64,000 nucleotides of DNA from the NCBI GenBank assembly GCA_053919585.1, contig CM132784.1, one strand, 5' to 3'. The notes below the pieces were generated by a model, which ran no database searches, was not told the DNA's origin, and was given only the letters and a program-made list of their open reading frames with translations. Shown here piece by piece: positions 27,601 to 37,616 of this stretch (within the stretch, counting starts at the first letter, position 1; each line of letters begins with the position of its first letter). The DNA comes from Euprymna scolopes. Lineage: Eukaryota. The position numbers were made by a program, and so were the translations under genes.

Positions 27601-30600
27601 AACAGTTTTCTTTTCAATTTTTCCATCGATTTATTTTTCATAAACCACTATACTTTCATAGAAAAAGAAAACAGCTAAATTTTTTAATTTGAGATTTTCA
27701 AGTGCATGCTCACATGTTCATAGTAAAATTAAACTCCGGTTTTCTTCTGTCAACCTCGAAGAACGGGCAACGAACGTGCATTAAATGACTTTAATGGATA
27801 TACCATTTTAAGATATTGCACTTCACAATTCGCTGTGTGTTTGCAATAACCATTAACAAATCTCAAAATGTTGTGTATCCACAAGTATTGAGAACATAAA
27901 TATAAGAAACATACACTTTGTCTTCTGTTTGTTTTCCATTTAAACAAACTGAGCCACAGCAACGCATGGCTAAGTACAGCTAGTTTTTTAATATAAACAA
28001 AATCTCTACAGTCGAATTGAATTGTCTACCTTGAATTTTGACAAAATTTAAAACAATATGGCTGTTTCCAGTCTCCTCCTTGCTTCCTCATAAAATTTTA
28101 TTTCCTTAATTAAAAAAAAAAAAATATTTAATCAATTTATGAAAATTTTAGAATATCACATCTTTCTTCCTTGTTGAGTATGTATCGCAAAGATTTTTCT
28201 GTACTTTTTTTTTGTGTTTAATTAAAACTATTTTAGACGAAATATAAATAGGAATACGATCTCTGCAATGTTTTATTATATATTTATTTATTTTCTAAAT
28301 ATTGTTTTTCCGATTTTATTAAGGTAGAATATAAATATTTAGAGAATTTTCAGAGATATATTAAAGAAGAATTAAAAAAGAATGAAAGTTGAAACAAAAC
28401 AATATTTTTATTTGTTATGAAAACTTAAATTTAAAAAAATTTTTTTTTTTGTCCAGTTGATCCAAATTTCTGGTCGTCAACAATCCCGACAAGAATTCAT
28501 CACAGCTGCTTACACAGTTGAGGATCAACATCAACGAGATGCTCATCATTTGCTGACTTCAATTCAGATGGAATTAACAGCCATCAAAGATAACTGGCAA
28601 AAGAGAATGGTAATATTAAAAAAAATTTTATCCAAAGAATTTTTTTGTCATAGTTTGAATATTTTGGTTTTATTTTATTCAGTTGATATGTGGATCCAAC
28701 TTATATTGATTAATTGATGTCGATCAACTTATATCAATTCTGACGTGTAGATATTCAAACTGATGAGGATGAAAAATTTCACTAAAAAATAAATTCTTGA
28801 GCATTTCACTTTCATTTTTAAATATTTCTACTTATTTGTTTCTAATTTAAAATTTGACAAGAAAAAAAGGTTAGAAAATTTTCTTAATTTTGTTAAAATA
28901 GTTTTTAATTATTTATATCTTTCAGAGAATTTCTCCAATTTATTATGTAAGGAATTGCATAATATACAATAAAATCGATCTTTCATGTAATTGCTACAGA
29001 TTATTTAATCATAGATTGAAGATGATTTGCCACGATTAGTTTTAACTGATGTAAATGAGTACAAAACACTTTCTGGCTTAAATTGTTTTCGTTTACTCAT
29101 TTCATTTTCTGATAAGGTGTTGCATGATTGGTTTATAGAATTGGTTGCATTGATTTCAAATCCTATTCAACGTATTTTGATCATTTCAACACTAACACTG
29201 CCATGAAAGTTATGTTTATTACCCCTCCTCTCCCTTCAGTAACAATAGCAACTTATATTCAATTAAGTGTATGCAATTGTCTCAGTTGATTTTCCAAAGC
29301 AAACAATAATTGACCAGAAATGTGTTTACATCTTATTTTCACAAACTCGATGATGCAATATTCAATATTTATTTGCATTATTTTTATCCTTATTTATTTT
29401 TTAATAAATCTAATGTTTTAATTGTTTAAAACTCATCATCATAAAGATGTTGAAAAATTAATCTTAACCCATTTCTCTTAACTGCAAATATACCATCTTG
29501 AAAAGAACATTTTTGTTCGCTTGATGATTTAATAGCCATGGATCTTTTAATGTAATTTTCTCCAAATTTATCCATTAATTGCTAAATAAAAATATTTAAA
29601 GAAACTTACCTAAAATGTATTAACATTTGCAGATTAGACATTAGGGTATCTAAAAAAAAATGTACTCGCACTTCAAATGATGATAAAACCTTTTATTTAT
29701 GAACATAGAGTGAAATAGAATAGCTTTGAATACAGAAGATAAATGTAATTAAAAAATCATGTTCGCAAATGTTCAAATTGATGAATATTAGTCCCCGATT
29801 TATTGGAGAGGGACCTATGTTTTCAGTGGCATCCATCGGTTAGTCCGGACAATTGCCAGATAACTTCCAAGGTAAGTTTTTTTTCTCCAGATCTTTATTT
29901 ATCCTTCTTTCTGCCGGATTCATTTCGGTCACTTACTCTCATGGTCCTCTGTGAACTAAATCTTTTACATCAACTTTTCTACATCTACTAACCTAAGAAC
30001 TCTCATCCATTCTTTCATTGTGGCCATACCATCAAAGTCTCCTGTTTTGGACATAGCTTCCTATATGTTTCAGTTTTAATCTTCCTCTGAGGTTATCAGA
30101 ACGAAGCCTGTCTTTAAGACTTGCATTATGCATCCATCATATCATTTCTCTCCATACAACACGTTCTAAACCTTCACTGACCAGATTTTATTTTCATGCA
30201 TCTCACTGTATACACATGCCTGATAGACTCTTTCTTTGACCGACAATGATAATGCCCTGCTGGGTAGTAAACAGGGTTTGTACAGACTTGAAAAGTTCTT
30301 GAATTTTGACTTTTGCTTTGAAAAGGCCTTATTTCTATTATTAGCTTGAAAATATGGAAAAGGTCTTGAAAATATCTTGAAAAAGCCTTGAAAATCATAT
30401 TCTCTATTAAAAATTTGTGTTGTAATATTAAAATCGAAATAAATAGTATTAAATTATTTTTTAAGTAAAAAAACACCATTAAACTATTTTTTAAATATTG
30501 AAAATAAAATCAGAATACATTGTTCTGAAACTACATCATACAGTAGATAAGAGTTGCTTCCCTTTTATCACAAAACTATATAATGTTCCTATTTACTTGC

Positions 30601-33188
30601 CCATGAGGGCAGAGTTAGACACAAGGTCGATTTGAATTTTGTCTGGAGAAGACCCTGAAAAACTTTGGAAAGCCTTGAAAATGTACATTGAAAATCTGTA
30701 TGAACCGTGGTAAAAGAACTGACTCTATCCACACCTAATTCTTGCAATCGCACTAAACACCCGTTCTACCCTGTGCTTGACTAATATCATCAAGGTAAAA
30801 CTTCTCAACAACCTTGATGATTTCACCTTTCAGATATACATGCAAACTATACTTCAACTATAAATATATTTATTCACATAATTTTGTTTATAAATAAAAA
30901 AAAAAAAATATTTAAACACTAAACCATGATTCGGCATAAAATAACCCAACAAGGGTGGACATGCCATTAAACACACACAAAAAAAAAGTTCAGTCTTTCG
31001 GGATGACCATTTTTTTTTTTTTTTTTTTTTTCTTAGTGTCTGATTTGTTAAGTTCGTGATCATATGTCTGTGTCTATTTGACCTGCAGCCCACGTTTCGG
31101 CAACGACACTTGAGAATGCTCATCTTCAACTTGCTCACAACTTCCTGTACTATTTCTCAATTTTTATAGCTGAATCGGATATTGTTCCAGCAACTTTTAC
31201 ATTTTCACAGTTCCATGAAAACTCAGTATTCAACAATTTTTCATTGTGACATCTCCAAGCATCCCTTTTGTTCAGTTCATTTGTCTTAATGTAAAATATC
31301 TCCAAGTACTTTGACAATGTCTTCGATGAAAGTCTTTTCAAGAAAATCTACTCGAATGGCATTACTGGACGAGTATTTATGATCAAATCTTCCTTAGCTA
31401 GCTAAAAGAAATATTCAGGTTATTCCTGATGGTCGTACAGTGCAAACAAAACCACAAAAACAAAATCTACTACCTGGACCAATCAATATGGATGTACCCC
31501 AGGTCTCGATACTTAACTCATTTTCTTCAGAATCTTTATAAATGACATCTTGATGCAGTCTAGTCCAAGATGGGTGTATCTGCTGATAACAGGACACGAT
31601 TTTTGGCAGGAGGGTGAATTGAATTCCCACACATGCAATGCAATAGATGAAAATTCTTGGAAAATAACCTTCAGAGGTGTTTGGAATTCCCCTCACATTC
31701 CTGAGTTTTTCATTTTTTATCCTTATTTTTCCTCTTTTTATATCTTTTGATCCCAATAGTAGAATGATGTCACAGACGTTTATGTGTACAATATGAAGAA
31801 ACCAACAAAACCTGGAATCTTAGCATGACCTTCATCATTCTCATAATAATAGGAACAACCAAGCTCATAAAAAAAAAAAATGATACTCAGTCAAAGCTTT
31901 TTTTTCTTTAAGAAAACCTTTCCAACCAATGATTGTCATGTCTGATAGCATTCTTTCAATGTTTAAACTCCTCATTCTGATATTCTCAGCCAATATGAAA
32001 TTGAATAAGTACAAAGAAGATGCTGTCAAGTCTGCTGCAAAGAAAGTAGGCTTCCTTTATTGTGCTAGAAAACTTCTCACACCTGCCAGTATTCTATATC
32101 TCTACAAAGCCACCATTCATATGTGGAGTATTGTTGCCACATAACAAACCTAAACGTAGATTCCATGAACAAAGTTTCTTTCTTAGAACTGCATGCCTGT
32201 GGAACTCTCTTCCGTTTCCCTGCTTTTCAGTTGACTACAATATGGTTGTCTTCAAGTCCAACATAGACAAATTCTTGATGAGCCGTCCCCGTAAGTAATC
32301 CAATTTACCAAATTTCCACTACCAACAATATTGTCCCATTGACTACTGTACATTCATTAACCTTTATCCTCGAGTAGCCTCCGGGCCTTGATAAGTATTG
32401 ACTCCTTTGTAAAAAAAAAAAAAAAATCACAAACCTCTCGTGGACAAGGTGCAAAGAAGTATTTAGATCTTAATGTCCTGCACTGTCTGCCAACTCCAAC
32501 CACTGTCACATTGCTGCAATTTTTCATCCCTGTGCATTTTTAAAATTTTTTATTTAGTACTTCATGGAATGTGATGAACTTGCTCTGCTTGTATGCCTTC
32601 AACATTATATTGTATTAATGTATTTACACTTGAGTTAATGAGTAGTACCCCCACACCTCACCCCTTCACTGTTGAGATTTCTAGAGGTTTGAAGATTCTC
32701 TACTCTAATAGCTTCTTGGATTGCTAATCTTAAAATTCCTTGCCTATTTCCTTGGCCATACCAACATGCAGAAATTTAAATGTAATGTAAACAAACATAC
32801 CATAAGATAATACGTTTTTTTTCTTTTTTTTTCTTTCAGTCGATGTTGGATGATTTTTCGTCCGTAGATGAAAGATATCAACGTAATACAGTTGATTCTC
32901 GGAACAAATTTATGAAGCTTTTGTATGACTCGCTTGTGGCTTGTAAGTAACATTTATCTCCCTTGGATAACATAGGTTTCCTTCACTTTTTTTGTGTTTT
33001 GTATGTATGTATGTGTGTGTACGATATGAATTTGAAATTAAATGTTTTTATTAACTACAATCAACGAATGATATGTGAAGCCAAATTTATAAAATTTATA
33101 AAAATATTTCTCACTTATTCATTTGGACACTTAACCTATCGACTATATAAGCTTGGAAACAAAAATAAATTTTAATATTTTATACTTT

Positions 33189-33222
<34 letters not shown>

Positions 33223-36200
33223 GACTATTACTGTACTAGTAGGACTTGTGGAAATTCCATGGAATAAGAAATTCCACTTAATCAACATAAAAAAGCTGAT
33301 ATTTTTTTGGATAGCAAAAAAAAATCTTTTGAACAGAAAAACCAATAACACTCAGCAAATATGAGTTTATTAATATTTCTATGAAAATAGTATCCATTAT
33401 ATTTTAAATACAGAATTGACCCAAATGAGATAAAGTAATCAGTACTAATAAATACTCAGAAAGTAATATTGTGTTACATAGTTTAATACAAATAATAAAA
33501 TCAGTGTAAGACACCATCTTTAATTTACTTTTTCAGTCCAGCACCTCTTGGCAAACAATGTTCTTTTTGCCTTGTTCCTTTCAAATTTTTTCTTTTTTTT
33601 AAGTAACGTTTTGCTTTGTTTGTTTTTTTTGTGATGAACCATTATATGTCAAAATTGAGAGTTGTTTTCTCACACCATTCTAACAATGATCATAAATAAA
33701 ACTCGAAAACAAGGCTACATCAAAGGAAGATCACTTTTATATTCTTGTCCAGAGTTACCAGATTGACCTTTTTAATGCCAAATTTTGCAGGGTTTTTTTT
33801 TTTTTAAGCGTAACGTACAGACTAAGGAAGTAACAAACAATTATAGATAGTATTACCTACATGTAATAAATTTGATTTATCTGAACATTTTATTGCAGTT
33901 TCATGATATAACCACTCTTGAGTGATGTAAAAAAAATTAATTTGAATAAAAATTCAAATAAAATACAATTTTAATTTCGATTCAAAAGTATAAAATCGCT
34001 CAGGAATATCTGAAACACTTCTGCTACAACTCATCAAAACAACTTCTAAACATATTGAACCTTTTAAATGATGACAGTTTGCAGAGTTGTGATTTGGTTC
34101 TCTTACACAATTCATATCTGCAGAAGTATTGAGGCGGGTGATTCCTTTTTAACACACTTTGGTGGATTTTGTTAATTTGTTTATTTTAATAATGTTTATT
34201 GCTGATAATTAAAATGAAAAAAAAAACAAATAAATGTTGGTGCTTATTCATAAAGAGACTAGCAGGGTGACTTCATGTTGCCCGGCATTGAATGATGATC
34301 AACATATGTTTTTATTGTCATTGAAATCGATGAAATAGCCCTTTTTTCAATCAAATCAATTGATTACCTGCTTTAATTGGGGACCCATCATGATACACCT
34401 GAAGGAAGCTTCACATGCCTCTTGTAGTGACTAAATTCACAATATATTGTAGTGTACATTGCACTGTAGAGAACCTACTGATACAAACCCTAAAGATATA
34501 TCATAGCTGGAATTAGTTTAAAATGCAAAAGTCAAGTATCATGCTTCAATTGTGCTCTAAAACAAACATTCATCATGAATGTGCCCCTGTCATATCAAAG
34601 AATCTGTTAATTTTATATGCCTGGCATTACTGATTGTGCAGTGGTAATGGCTTGAATTTAAGTTTAAAATGAAAAAGTCAAGTATCATTGTGAAAATGTG
34701 CTTTAAACAGAAACATTCATTTTGAACGCACCCCTTTCATATCAAAGAATCTACTATTGATTTTATGTTTGACCTTTCAGCTTGTGTGGTAATAAAACTT
34801 CTTAAATGCACTTGTGATGTTAGGCTGTATAAGATGTTAACTTTGGTCCAAATCGCTTGTTCCTTCTTTCATTGATAAGTATCGATAATTGATATAATCC
34901 AAAGACATTCTGACACAAAATCTATCTAAGAACACTGCCAGGCACATAAGTACCTTTGTGTGAAATTTCATAAAAATTGACTCGGCCGTTTGTGAGTCCA
35001 TAGAGAATGAACTCACAAAGTTTGTTTAATATAGTAGAGGTAGAGATACATGTGAAATATGTTTAGAATAACAAGAAAAACTTGTGGATTTTGTTGGCAG
35101 TGAAAAATCTTAGTGTATACCACAAATTAAAAAAGTAAGAGTAGAATTTTAATTTAAACAAAAAAAATTATTCGGAATCAACAAACTCCAATCAATATTT
35201 GCATCAAGTCAGCATATCGTAGAAGATTATCTCCTTTCTATTATTTGAACATGCTACAGTCTTTTCGTTCAGAGTTAATTTTAATTTTGTTTGTTAATTT
35301 TCTGTAATTTTTAGTGTACACTAACGTTTTTCATTGATAATTATAAGTTTTTAGTGTACACTAACGTTTTTCATTGATAATTATAAATTTTTAGTGTACA
35401 CTAACGTTTTTCATTGATAATTATAAGTTTTTAGTGTACACTAACGTTTTTCATTGATAATTATAAGTTTTTAGTGTACACTAACGTTTTTCATTGATAA
35501 TTATAAGTTTTTAGTGTACACTAACGTTTTTCATTGATAATTACTTATAAGTTTTCCTGTTAATCTGATATTTTTCTTTCCTTTTAAATATAAAATTTTT
35601 CTGATGAAATAAAAGTGATGTGGACTTTTTTTTCAGCTGAAAGTGAATCGCACCCAGAGACCCAATTATGTCTTCCTTATTCCATTATGATAGAAGCTGC
35701 AGAAAGGTCAAAACTTAGGAAGAACAACGTATTACAATCGTTGGCTGTTGCTGAAGAGAAGCACACCGAGAGACTGGAGTTGATGTAAGTTTCGCTGGAA
35801 TATATATATATATATACACTATTAGTTACATTTGACGTTAACAGTTTATATAGTAACATACCCCATGAATTAGGAAAAGAAGCAGTAACATTTTGGATCA
35901 ACAGACACACACAAACACTGCACCCTAGATTCACAAAACAATTCATCATCGATAGTATACACATAATCCTAGATAATAATTCCTTCAAATTCAACAATGG
36001 CAACTACATCCAAACACTAGGTACAGCAATGGGAACGAAAATGGCACCGACTTACGCAACTCTTACTACCTAGAAGAAACCTTATATGAAAAGATAGAAC
36101 AAACATTTGGTTACAGCACTAAAAAACTGTTTATAGAATTCTGGAAAAGATACCTTGATGACTGCTTCATCCTGTGGAAACCCACATGGGGGGGGGACAT

Positions 36201-37463
36201 CAGACTTACACACCATACTCTAAAACCTACACCTCCAAATTAAATTCACCATAGAACAAAGCTCTACAGAATTATCCTGCCTAGATATACTGATAAAGAT
36301 TAAAGACAATAACATTATTAGACATTTACCACAAACCTACAGACACTCAACAATACCTACACTTTCAAAGTCACCACCCTAAAAGCTATTCCCTACACTC
36401 TAGCACGTAGAATCTGCACCATAGTTACGGACAAAAACCTTCAGACAATCCGACTCCAGGAACTATGAATGAATCTAAGAAAAAGAAAATACCCACCGCA
36501 ACTTATAGACAAAGGGATCCAACTTGCGATAAATATACCAGTAGAAGATTTCAGAACCCCTAAAGAACGAAACAAAGAACAAATCCTAACATATGTCTCC
36601 ACACACAACACAAACAACCCAGAGTTTTTCACAGAGATAACGAAAAACCTTGTCGTACTTAACCAAAACAGCAAACTAAACAACTTCCTTAAAACAACAA
36701 AAATAATAAAAAGCAAACGCCAACCCAAGAACCTAAAATGCATTCTTACTTCATCCAAACTCAATCAAGACACAACAAAGAGTCACAAAGTGCAACAAAC
36801 AACGATGTGAAGTCTGCAACATAATATTAGAGGGAAATACATACACATTCATGAACCCCATACAAACGTTCAAAATTAAAAAAAAGACCTAGATTGCACC
36901 TCAAAAAATGTGGTCTATGTAATAAAATGTGCAGCATGCAATAAATCCTACATAGGCGCCACAAAAAACCTTAGTAATAGAGTAGCCCTACATCGATCCA
37001 ACATCAAAATCGCAGAAAATAGACACCTGCTTGTATCACAGCACATACGCACAAATTAGAGATAATGCCCATTTTCCAAACTGACAACTACTTCTACTTA
37101 CTAACACAAGAAAAAACTTCATAGCATGGTTCAACCCCACTTTAAACGTTTTCCAATAATTATACACATAAATAGACAAAACACAAAATACACTTACACG
37201 CATGCATACTTAGGTAAATGTGCACCCTCACACACAAAACAAAACAAGCACAATAAAGCAATGCGCACACGCACATCCATATCCAGTATAATACCATTTC
37301 CCTAAACTAAACAATTAGAAACAAAATACACCACTCTGCCCACATCTAATAAAAGAAAATCTTTCTAGACAAAAAAATCTTTAACTAATGTGTGTGGTGG
37401 GTGAGCGGGTGGGTGCATGTGGATGCGTGTGTATATATATCATCTGTTATCTATTTTCCATCT

Positions 37464-37502
<39 letters not shown>

Positions 37503-37584
37503 ATATTTGGGTGACTGAGTACATGTATGTATGGATTCGGAAAGACAAAGAAAACTTTAATCAATATGTGTGTGTGTGGGTATT

Positions 37585-37616
<32 letters not shown>

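Noticed and set aside
28760-28792. Hammerhead-like CTGATGAG motif (similar partial motifs near 3012 and 17482)
   Set aside because: The second core box, cleavage triplet or stems are missing, and there is no supporting PLE ORF.
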